Assembly (NCBI GenBank): GCA_023128895.1
Contig: JAGMDC010000003.1
Location: 219,651-283,650, forward strand
Direction of reading: 5' to 3'
Source of the DNA: Candidatus Parcubacteria bacterium
GTDB taxonomy: Bacteria; Patescibacteriota; Minisyncoccia; Minisyncoccales; JAGMDC01
DNA: 64,000 bases
Shown: one piece after another, positions 27,294 through 35,254 of the stretch
Layout of the letters: each line of letters starts with the position of its first letter
Numbering within the stretch: position 1 is the stretch's first letter
Translations under genes and position numbers: made by a program
Notes under the pieces: generated by a model
What the model was told of the DNA's origin: nothing
Seen by the model: only the letters and a program-made list of their open reading frames with translations
Databases searched by the model: none

Positions 27294-28097
27294 TTATTTT
27301 TTAAATTTAACTGGTTCGCAATATATTTCTATATTCTTAATTTCTTGCCCTTTCCTTATTTTTTCTCTTATCTCTAAGCTATAACTTTCTATCCAGTTCA
27401 AATAATGGGCAATTCCCTTTTCTTTTAAGGCGGTATTCAAAACTTTAACAATGCCTCCGTCTTTAATAACAATTCTTTTGTCAGTATTTAACGCCAAAGA
27501 CGGATCGTGGGTAACAATTAAGATGATTTTTCCTTCTTCTACTAAAATTTTAATTGCTTGCTCTTTTTTAATGCCGGCATTTTCTATTTCATCAATTAAA
27601 ATAATGGGTGAAATACTGATATTGGCTACATCAGAAACCATAAGTGCTCTGCTTTGCCCGCCAGATAAATTAAGCAAATTCATTTCAGGCAAAATCGCCT
27701 CACCGGTAATTTTATTAGCTTCTTCTATTACTTCTTCAATTAATCCCTGTCTTGACTTTTTCCCGCGAGATTCCAAATGCAATTGCAAAAAATCCTTAAC
27801 AGATATGTCTGTCAAAAAGTTCATGCTTTGCGCTAGTGAAGCAATTAATTTTCTTTTAGGGTTAAACCTTAATTCTCTGTCGGGAATTTCATCATTGATT
27901 AAAATTTTCCTTTTACTTTTAGTGTCTTTTTGGGCCAATCTTTCAATATCATAAAGAAGTTGGCTTTTGCCCGCTCCGGTATGACCAACAATGGCTATTA
28001 CTTCCCCTTTTTTTATATCAATTTTTTTAAAATTTTCTTTTTTACCGAATTTATTTATCCCGGGTAAAATTGTGATTTTTTCAATTTTTTTAGTCAT
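27294..28097 (-). CDS. ABC-type ATPase, no adjacent permease
   Basis: Walker A GHTGAGKS, signature LSGGQ, Walker B ILIDE, and H-loop THD. Confidence 0.8.
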   Translation of the reverse strand: MTKKIEKITILPGINKFGKKENFKKIDIKKGEVIAIVGHTGAGKSQLLYDIERLAQKDTKSKRKILINDEIPDRELRFNPKRKLIASLAQSMNFLTDISVKDFLQLHLESRGKKSRQGLIEEVIEEANKITGEAILPEMNLLNLSGGQSRALMVSDVANISISPIILIDEIENAGIKKEQAIKILVEEGKIILIVTHDPSLALNTDKRIVIKDGGIVKVLNTALKEKGIAHYLNWIESYSLEIREKIRKGQEIKNIEIYCEPVKFKK

Positions 28098-28114
28098 AAA
28101 ACTTACTTTTATTT

Positions 28115-28447
28115 TTACTTTTCATTCTCAATAATAGAATTGATAGTTTCCGTAATAATTTCTTTGGGTTGAACTCCGATAAATCTTTGGACTATTTTTC
28201 CATTCTTGAATAAAATTAATGCTGGTATTGCATCTATTGAGAAAGTAGCAGAAATTAAAGGGTTTTTATCAACATCAATCTTTCCTATTTTTATTTTTTC
28301 TCCAAATTCATCAGCAATCTCTTGAAGAATTGGAGATATCATCTGGCAGGGCACACACCACTCGGCCCAAAAATCAACCAAAACTGGCTTTTGGCTTTTA
28401 AAAACTTTTTCTGAGAAATTTTCATCAGTTAAAATTAAATTTGACAT
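28115..28447 (-). CDS. trxA: thioredoxin
   Basis: WAEWCVPCQ active site, 110 aa. Confidence 0.9.
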   Translation of the reverse strand: MSNLILTDENFSEKVFKSQKPVLVDFWAEWCVPCQMISPILQEIADEFGEKIKIGKIDVDKNPLISATFSIDAIPALILFKNGKIVQRFIGVQPKEIITETINSIIENEK

Positions 28448-28452
28448 AAAAA

Positions 28453-28701
28453 TTATTTATTTTTAATTATTTCTTTTAATAAAAACTCAATAGTTTTTCT
28501 TTTTTTAAGATTGATAGATTTTAGGCAGGAAGATAGATTGTCCTTGAAATACATTTCAATTACTTTCTTCAGGCCAACATTGATTGCATAGAATTGCTCT
28601 GTTGTTTTGTGGCAATCCTCCTTTCTCTCTATAAGATTAGTCAATCCGTCAATTTGACCCTTAATAATGTTTAAACGTTGAATTATTGTGTTTTTTCTCA
28701 T
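28453..28701 (-). CDS. CsoR/RcnR/FrmR-family metal-sensing repressor (DUF156)
   Basis: RLNIIKGQIDGL helix and C-H-C type residue spacing. An operator-like palindrome lies in its promoter. Confidence 0.8.
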   Translation of the reverse strand: MRKNTIIQRLNIIKGQIDGLTNLIERKEDCHKTTEQFYAINVGLKKVIEMYFKDNLSSCLKSINLKKRKTIEFLLKEIIKNK

Positions 28702-28733
28702 ATATTCATTTTTAAATTGTATAATTTATATAT

Positions 28734-28750
28734 ACACCCCCTCAGGGTGT
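28734..28750 (-). promoter_or_regulatory. CsoR-type operator candidate (ACACCCCCTCAGGGTGT)
   Basis: C-tract/G-tract pseudo-palindrome located between TTGACA and TATATA of the csoR-like gene promoter. Confidence 0.6.
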
Positions 28751-28862
28751 TCGTCAAGTGTCAAAAAACAAAGAACAAATTTTTTAATTTAAAAATCAAA
28801 AACCGCCTCTTTGACACCGACGGTTCCGCTTCTCTGTTATACACGCTGGACGCTATTAGAAC

Positions 28863-29324
28863 CTAAGCGTTCTTCTCCCATTGTTTAATCAACTCTAAAG
28901 ATTCTTTTTCAAAATCAGTAATATAAACTAAATCAATTTGTCTGCTGTTTTTCTTATTTATTTCGTATAAATCTGCCTTGCCCTCGTAGTAATCTTTCTG
29001 AACCATTTCGTCTGTTTTCTTGCAGCCAAAAACAATTCTTTTAATTCCAGCCCAATAAGCAACTGAAAAACACATAAGGCATGGTTGTAGTGAAGCATAT
29101 AGGGTCGCTCCGGTTAAATCTGTAGTCCTCAATTCTTTACAGGCATTTCTCATCGCCGAAATTTCTGCGTGACCGGTTGGGTCATTAAATTTATTGCCCA
29201 AACTAACACCGCTTGAAATAACTTTCCTTTCTTTAACAACTATTGCTCCAGCTGGAAAACCGCCTTGCTTTGCAGATTTCTTCGCTTGTTTGACTGCCAT
29301 TTGTAAATAATTTTTATCATTCAT
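28863..29324 (-). CDS. CMP/dCMP-type zinc deaminase (TadA/guanine-deaminase-like)
   Basis: HAE and PCxxC motifs (GHAEISAM, PCLMC). Confidence 0.85.
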   Translation of the reverse strand: MNDKNYLQMAVKQAKKSAKQGGFPAGAIVVKERKVISSGVSLGNKFNDPTGHAEISAMRNACKELRTTDLTGATLYASLQPCLMCFSVAYWAGIKRIVFGCKKTDEMVQKDYYEGKADLYEINKKNSRQIDLVYITDFEKESLELIKQWEKNA

Positions 29325-29572
29325 TCTCTCATTTTACCAAAAAACCGCCTTCTTGGCGATTTTTTTACGTGTTCCCCATTGCAGAACGCATTTAGAACTT
29401 TGGATTGGAAAAACATCAAGGAAAAATTGGAAACTTTTAGATTTGCAATGGAACAGACAATAAGTCCATTTGTAAAAATTTAAATAAAAAAAAACGGGAG
29501 CGGAATCTATCATTTAAGACCGATGATTTCCAACCCCCTTGCGAAAATTATTTTTTGTCTCGTTTTGACTTT

Positions 29573-30343
29573 TTATGCCAAGACCTTGAGCAGGCAAACA
29601 ATAGTTGACCACTCCTTCTCTTTTAGAAATATCCCATTCGGCGTGTTGAAGCTATCAGGGTCTGCCAGCACAGGTTCTACGCAGAAATACTTATTGCTGT
29701 CACTCCATAAGACAAGGCAAGATCCTCTTGCAAAGCCGCCTCCAAGCGACATCTCCACTTTTTTCAGGCCCAAGTTAATGAGTATGCCATCTGGAGCACG
29801 CAATATCCGTGCTTCTCCGTTAGGATAAACTTCTATCCCTGCGCTAAACAAAGGATTATATACGTTTATGTCGACAATTCTGGTTCTACCTCCAGAACTA
29901 TTGGCAAAGTACGGATGAAAGGCCGGATTTATTGGTGCCTTGCTATCAACGCCGTCTTTCATTCTAGTTACCCGGAGCTTTGTCTCCAACAAACCTTCTT
30001 CAATCATCGAAACAGTAACTCGATATTTTATGCGCCATGGATAAGTCTTCCTGTATCGATTATCGCCTTCAAAAATTACCGAGTTTCTCGATGTTGCAAC
30101 CACAGCAAGCTCTTGGTTCCTCAACCAACCATGTCGCCTGAGTCTCTTGAATCCTGGCCCCGGCGTACCAAAGAAAGGAACACAGATTGGAATACCGCCT
30201 CTCTTTTTCATCTCTCCTCCTCTTTCTATGATTGTTTGAGGATATATGATATCCGTGCCTTGACACACAAACTCGACTACAGTTCCGCCAACAGAAGAGA
30301 CTGTTGCTCGGCTATCATTCTTCTTTATCTCTATTTGTTTCAA
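29573..30343 (-). CDS. aldose 1-epimerase family protein (hexose-6-phosphate mutarotase-like)
   Basis: GGIPICVPFFG, RRHGWLRN and FHPYF motifs. TTG start behind AAGGAGGT. Confidence 0.7.
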   Translation of the reverse strand: MKQIEIKKNDSRATVSSVGGTVVEFVCQGTDIIYPQTIIERGGEMKKRGGIPICVPFFGTPGPGFKRLRRHGWLRNQELAVVATSRNSVIFEGDNRYRKTYPWRIKYRVTVSMIEEGLLETKLRVTRMKDGVDSKAPINPAFHPYFANSSGGRTRIVDINVYNPLFSAGIEVYPNGEARILRAPDGILINLGLKKVEMSLGGGFARGSCLVLWSDSNKYFCVEPVLADPDSFNTPNGIFLKEKEWSTIVCLLKVLA

Positions 30344-30449
30344 TTTTCTAACCTCCTTTTATTTTGTTTTCGCACAATTCATTCGTTCTATTTCTATATT
30401 TATTTCCAACGAACTAATAAAAATATACCACACTGACTAATTTTGTCAA
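30344..30449 (-). promoter_or_regulatory. conserved ~100-nt promoter plus 5' leader (copy 2, aldose epimerase gene)
   Basis: TTGACAAAAT..., TTTTTATTAGTTCGTTGGAAATAAATATAGAAATAGAACGAATGAATG. Confidence 0.5.
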
Positions 30450-30570
30450 ATTTTTTATCAAAAAACCGCCCCTTTGGCGAGACGGCTTCGCTTCTCTGCT
30501 CTGCTGACTAAACGCTATAGAATCCGCTTAAATCGATGGCGAAAGATAATTATTTCGCAACTAAAATATT

Positions 30571-30978
30571 CTATTTTTTGCTTTTATTGATTTTTAGTAA
30601 TTTCCTGCTCTTGCCAAAATTTTTTACCGAAACAAGACTACTATTTCCATTTTCTATCATTACATTTCTTACTAATTTTGCTAAATCCTTGCTAGATACA
30701 TTTGTTCCAACAGGCTTGTAACTACCTGGCTGATCTGCGTAAAGCCAATGATTAGCAGGAATAGTAACAGTGATTGTTTTTGTAGAATGCGGCGGAATAG
30801 ACCCTACAAATATTGGTTCGCCTGTTTTAGACTTCGTATATAGATTCATTGTTTCGCCACCAGGATTATGAATTGTAAGGCTCACTGTTATTGATTTATC
30901 AGAATAATTAATCCAAATAGATTCATTTGCAACAAAACTTATGGAGCTTGAATCTGTTTTTTTTAAATTTTTAATCAT
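30571..30978 (-). CDS. hypothetical protein
   Basis: Start moved to the ATG at 30978 (MIKNLKK). Beta-rich sequence with no motif recognised. Confidence 0.45.
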   Translation of the reverse strand: MIKNLKKTDSSSISFVANESIWINYSDKSITVSLTIHNPGGETMNLYTKSKTGEPIFVGSIPPHSTKTITVTIPANHWLYADQPGSYKPVGTNVSSKDLAKLVRNVMIENGNSSLVSVKNFGKSRKLLKINKSKK

Positions 30979-31278
30979 AGATTCTAAAATGATTATAAAC
31001 TTATTCCGACCTTTATTTAATGCTGACACTTTATAGTAGTATCAGATAAATCTCGCTTGTTAACTAAATAACACTCCATATTATTCTATAACTATCACTC
31101 TATTTATAAAAATTATTACCGTCAATATAAATAGTAACTCTTTTTTTTATTAAATTGATTTATATAATTTTATTATATATCATTCTATGATAAAAAACTA
31201 TCCTTTGTACTACAATCATTCGAAAAAATACAATATATATTTTTCCCATATTATTTCATTATACAAAAAACTTCAATC

Positions 31279-31303
31279 AAAAAACCCCTCTTTTAAAGGG
31301 GTT
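31279..31303 (-). terminator. terminator after the Asp-box propeller gene
   Basis: AACCCC-TTTAAAAGA-GGGGTT followed by T6. Confidence 0.65.
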
Positions 31304-31340
31304 CTATTTTCCAGAAACGACTTTAAAATGATCCTGGATC

Positions 31341-32654
31341 TCAATTAGGACCATTAGGACCATCAGGATCAGGATCAGGCTGCAGACTTGCAATAAAATC
31401 TTCCATTACACTTATACTGCATCCAAATTTCCAATGTCCTCTCATTTTTCCACCCATTATATTCAATATTTGAGCACAACTACATCCCTGTGTATCTTCC
31501 ATTGTAAATGTTTTTTGTGGACCTTCGCCTTTTGGTGATTTTGTTTCCCATCCATCCCCATTCCAAATCCATCTATTTATTCCTAATCTTTCTGGTGAAT
31601 CTGGAATTGTTCCTGGACACAAATCTTCGCTATACGGAATTCCATCGTTGTCGGAATCTAATCTAGCTAATCCAACTGCATAAACTCCTGTATCACTCTT
31701 GGCAGAATAATACATTTTTAACTCTCCACTGCCATCATCTATGACTCTTGGCGTATAAGTTCTTTCTACTCTGTAGCCCCCAGGATCAGTTATATCGCTT
31801 TTGTGAAACATTGGATTCTCCGTATCTTTTGTCCAAGAGATTCCGTCCGGCGAAGTTGTAAACCCTATTCCTGTATTGGTGCCTGAACCACCACCATACC
31901 ACATTACATAACTACCATCTTCTATCTGCATGACAGTTGGGTAACCTACTCCACCATTATCCCATTCACCAACAGAACCGCCTTTCAAGACAGGACTTCT
32001 TGTATATCTATTCCAATTTATTCCATTTATAGAATAAGCTAAAAAAAGAGCCTCTGTATTGTCCCAATCTAAATCATCTGTAATACCATTATAACCGTCA
32101 TAGTACATTACGTAACTATAATCTAAAGGATTATCATCTGTATTAATCGCATCTGGGTTATATATAACAGTTCCGGGTCCCCACGTCCTTGCAGGAGCAT
32201 TTACGTTATCATCACCATAAACAGTCATATTTCCTCCAAAAACAGCTTGGTCATTCACCCAATTTATCCCGTCATTACTTTCCGCATACCTTATAGAACC
32301 AGTACCACTTGGAACAGCTGCTGCACTATCAAAATACCATATTTTATAATCATAATTCCATCCAAAGCCATTTGCGTCATATAACATCACCATATGTTTA
32401 GGATTAGTAAGCCCTGTTACCGGAGCGCTATTTACCCACGTTAAACCGTCAGTGGAAATAGCAGACTGAGCTGAGTCACTTAACATCAGATATTGACTTC
32501 CAGTATATACTACTGTTGGATAATATGCCTTTCCAGGGCTATAAATAATGCCTTGGTCAACAAATGCAGTATAAATACTACTGCTAGCACTAATAACCCC
32601 AACTAAACCCAACATCAAAACCAAACCTAATAAACTTAAAATTATTTTTTTCAT
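31341..32654 (-). CDS. secreted Asp-box (BNR) beta-propeller protein, glycosidase/sialidase-like, with thrombospondin-3-like Ca-binding repeat
   Basis: Signal peptide from the ATG at 32654. Repeated SxDGxxW boxes (STDGLTW, SNDGINW, SPDGISW) and DSDNDGIPYSED. Confidence 0.65.
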   Translation of the reverse strand: MKKIILSLLGLVLMLGLVGVISASSSIYTAFVDQGIIYSPGKAYYPTVVYTGSQYLMLSDSAQSAISTDGLTWVNSAPVTGLTNPKHMVMLYDANGFGWNYDYKIWYFDSAAAVPSGTGSIRYAESNDGINWVNDQAVFGGNMTVYGDDNVNAPARTWGPGTVIYNPDAINTDDNPLDYSYVMYYDGYNGITDDLDWDNTEALFLAYSINGINWNRYTRSPVLKGGSVGEWDNGGVGYPTVMQIEDGSYVMWYGGGSGTNTGIGFTTSPDGISWTKDTENPMFHKSDITDPGGYRVERTYTPRVIDDGSGELKMYYSAKSDTGVYAVGLARLDSDNDGIPYSEDLCPGTIPDSPERLGINRWIWNGDGWETKSPKGEGPQKTFTMEDTQGCSCAQILNIMGGKMRGHWKFGCSISVMEDFIASLQPDPDPDGPNGPN

Positions 32655-32949
32655 ATTATTTTTTCTTTTTGAATTTATAATTTTTCGACCTTTGTTCCTC
32701 CTTTTCATTTTAACACTAAAATTTTTAAAATAAATAGTCAAGCTTAAAAACAACTATCGGACGAAAAATTATAGGTAACTCGGTCGCAAGAACCGAACAC
32801 TAGTCTGCTCCCCTAGTCAGTATCTAGAACCTGGGTTTTAAGAGGAAATGAAGGGCTTTTTGAGGCTATCCCACAATGCCTCCTCGGTCGGGGCTCTTTA
32901 AGCTAAAATGAAACAAATGAGACACTACTTAAGGGTATATTTTGGTGTC

Positions 32950-33918
32950 TCATTCTTTTGTTCTCTCCTTATTAAATTCGTTAATTATATAGTCAATCCA
33001 ATTTTGGTACCAACACCATGTTTTAACTACAGTTGCTCCAAAACCTTTATGTGGATTTTTGCCATCGTGTGCTTTCCAAAAAAGAGTATGTTGATACATG
33101 CCAAAATTTTTAAATCCAGCTTTTTGTACTTTTTGAATTACTTGGGTAGCAGAAAATTTTGGTTTTTCTCTTTCTTCTTTAACCCAATATTCTTTAGAAA
33201 CATTTTTAGCTATCGTCGAACTAGGATCAATGAATTCAATAACTCTATCTGCCTGTCCTTTTCTCTTCGCAACCACTTTAGTAAAAAGCAGTCTATATGC
33301 AAATCTGTCGCTTTCTATCTCGGCATTGGATAATTTGTTATCAAAATTAGCAATATAAGAAATTACATTTTTAGGTATTAAACTTTCTTTATCTTTAATA
33401 ACTCTTGACTGAGAGTAATCGAGTTCGGAAAACTGTAAGCTTAGGGCTAAACTTTGATCTAATCCAAACTTTTCTCCATGAATACTTTTAAGATAACGAT
33501 TAAAGTTTAATGCACAAGCCTGATAACGGGCTGAGAGATAGGAATCCAGTCCAGTAGCTTTCTTATGTTCAATCTGATTTCGCAATCCTATTAAAAACTT
33601 CAAATTATTTTTTGTATGCTTATCAAGCAGACAAATTTTTTTAGAAATACATTCCGTTAAATCCCAATAGCGAATGCTACCATCTGGATTACGGATAAAT
33701 TTTTTACGTTTCCCTGGTTTAGTAAAGTAACGATAGTCGATTCCCCTAGAACGATAATAAGCATGAAGCATATATGTCCATGCTATTAATGATAAAACTA
33801 TAAAAGACTCTGTTTTAAATGTAATGAGCGGGTTATTGTAAATCTGAACAGCCGAAAGCATAGCTTCGCGGGCCTTGTGAACAAGATCGAGTTTCTCTGA
33901 AAATATTTTACGCTTCAT
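32950..33918 (-). CDS. DUF3644-like protein
   Basis: The N-terminus AREAMLSAVQIYNNP...ESFIVLSLIAWTYMLHAY matches my recollection of DUF3644. Located in the defence-island context. Confidence 0.5.
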   Translation of the reverse strand: MKRKIFSEKLDLVHKAREAMLSAVQIYNNPLITFKTESFIVLSLIAWTYMLHAYYRSRGIDYRYFTKPGKRKKFIRNPDGSIRYWDLTECISKKICLLDKHTKNNLKFLIGLRNQIEHKKATGLDSYLSARYQACALNFNRYLKSIHGEKFGLDQSLALSLQFSELDYSQSRVIKDKESLIPKNVISYIANFDNKLSNAEIESDRFAYRLLFTKVVAKRKGQADRVIEFIDPSSTIAKNVSKEYWVKEEREKPKFSATQVIQKVQKAGFKNFGMYQHTLFWKAHDGKNPHKGFGATVVKTWCWYQNWIDYIINEFNKERTKE

Positions 33919-34014
33919 TTTTTCTTTTTTTCTATCAATTTAATTAAATTCTTTGACTTTTTGTTCAGCTTTATTTTTCATAAATTATTTAAAATAATTT
34001 TTGCCGAATTTGGA

Positions 34015-34863
34015 CTACCAAGTTACTTCGTCAATTTTTTTATATTTTTCCTCAATTTTATCTTTATCTGGACATATCTCTTTATACTCACACCAGGGAC
34101 ATAATTTATTAATATGGGGCAACAAATCATTGTCGTCTCTAGCTTTTTTTATAGCCGTAATTATCTTATTCTCTATTTCTTTTAATTCATCTTTAGTCCA
34201 CACTATATCATAAACTCTTGAATACTTAATATAAATCAATCCGGCTCTAATTTTTTCCGCAAATGGATTAAGATTAGATGCTATAACTGCATAAATAGGG
34301 ATCTGAAGATCCTCCTGCATCATCTTTTCTACGTTGTTATGGTAAGGCAATTTTCCAGTTTTATAATCCCACACTGCAATTGAAGAATTTGAATTTTGAT
34401 CAATCCTGTCTATCCGACCAGCTAAAATAAATTCACCCATATCGTACTCCATCCAATCTTCCAAAGATAGCGGAACTACTGATAAATCCGTACTTGAAAT
34501 ATAATTGCTTAGTATCGCAATAGCTTTTAGTCCAAAAGCTTTTTCTTGCTCTGCAGATCCAAATAACTTTATTCTTTCTTCATCGCTCCAGTAATCATTG
34601 CTCCAACCATTTTTGGGCATCCTGGCCCATGAATATTTTAGCATTTTACTTAAATCTTGATGTTTTCTCTTATCTACTGGAACTTTCGCAATATCAAAAA
34701 AATCGTTAAGAACTGAATGTATTACTTTGCCCACAAAACTCTCAGGTCTTTCAATGAACTCTGCTTTTATTTCTTTATCGCAATGACACTTAAATTTAAA
34801 CGGACATTGAAGATAAACATTTAACGCGTTTGGAAATATTTTTTTTGGAAATATATATGCCAT
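34015..34863 (-). CDS. PD-(D/E)XK nuclease, Cas4/RecB-like with Cys cluster
   Basis: GRIDRID...VWDYKTGK nuclease motifs. N-terminal CPFKFKC and C-terminal CPWCEYKEIC cysteines. Confidence 0.75.
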   Translation of the reverse strand: MAYIFPKKIFPNALNVYLQCPFKFKCHCDKEIKAEFIERPESFVGKVIHSVLNDFFDIAKVPVDKRKHQDLSKMLKYSWARMPKNGWSNDYWSDEERIKLFGSAEQEKAFGLKAIAILSNYISSTDLSVVPLSLEDWMEYDMGEFILAGRIDRIDQNSNSSIAVWDYKTGKLPYHNNVEKMMQEDLQIPIYAVIASNLNPFAEKIRAGLIYIKYSRVYDIVWTKDELKEIENKIITAIKKARDDNDLLPHINKLCPWCEYKEICPDKDKIEEKYKKIDEVTW

Positions 34864-34899
34864 AATTTTATTTTAAATTAATTATTTTTAAAAATTTTC

Positions 34900-35118
34900 T
34901 TAATTTTTTCTTTCATATTTTCTTAATAAATAAAGAATTAAGACAGCAGAAAGAAAATAAGCTAAAACAGGAGTAATGTGATATTCTATACTTAACCAAT
35001 ACCCACTACTATATTCTTTTAATATTCCATTAACAGCCCAAATTACTGTTCCGATTTCAGCAACTTTCGTCCAGTTATTTAATAGCCATCTAAAAATTGT
35101 CTTAATTTTTTCTTTCAT
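34900..35118 (-). CDS. small membrane protein, hypothetical
   Basis: Start at 35118 behind AAAGGAG. Two TM helices. The gene is bracketed by a 28-nt direct repeat. Confidence 0.4.
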   Translation of the reverse strand: MKEKIKTIFRWLLNNWTKVAEIGTVIWAVNGILKEYSSGYWLSIEYHITPVLAYFLSAVLILYLLRKYERKN

Positions 35119-35254
35119 AGATTTACTCCTTTCAGAATTTTTAATCAAATTAAATAACTAAATTTACATGGGCCGTATCGCTGTAAACCCGGTAATTTTT
35201 CTATGATCCGTTGCCCTGACATCTAAAAGATTTTTTATTAACGGACTCACATTT

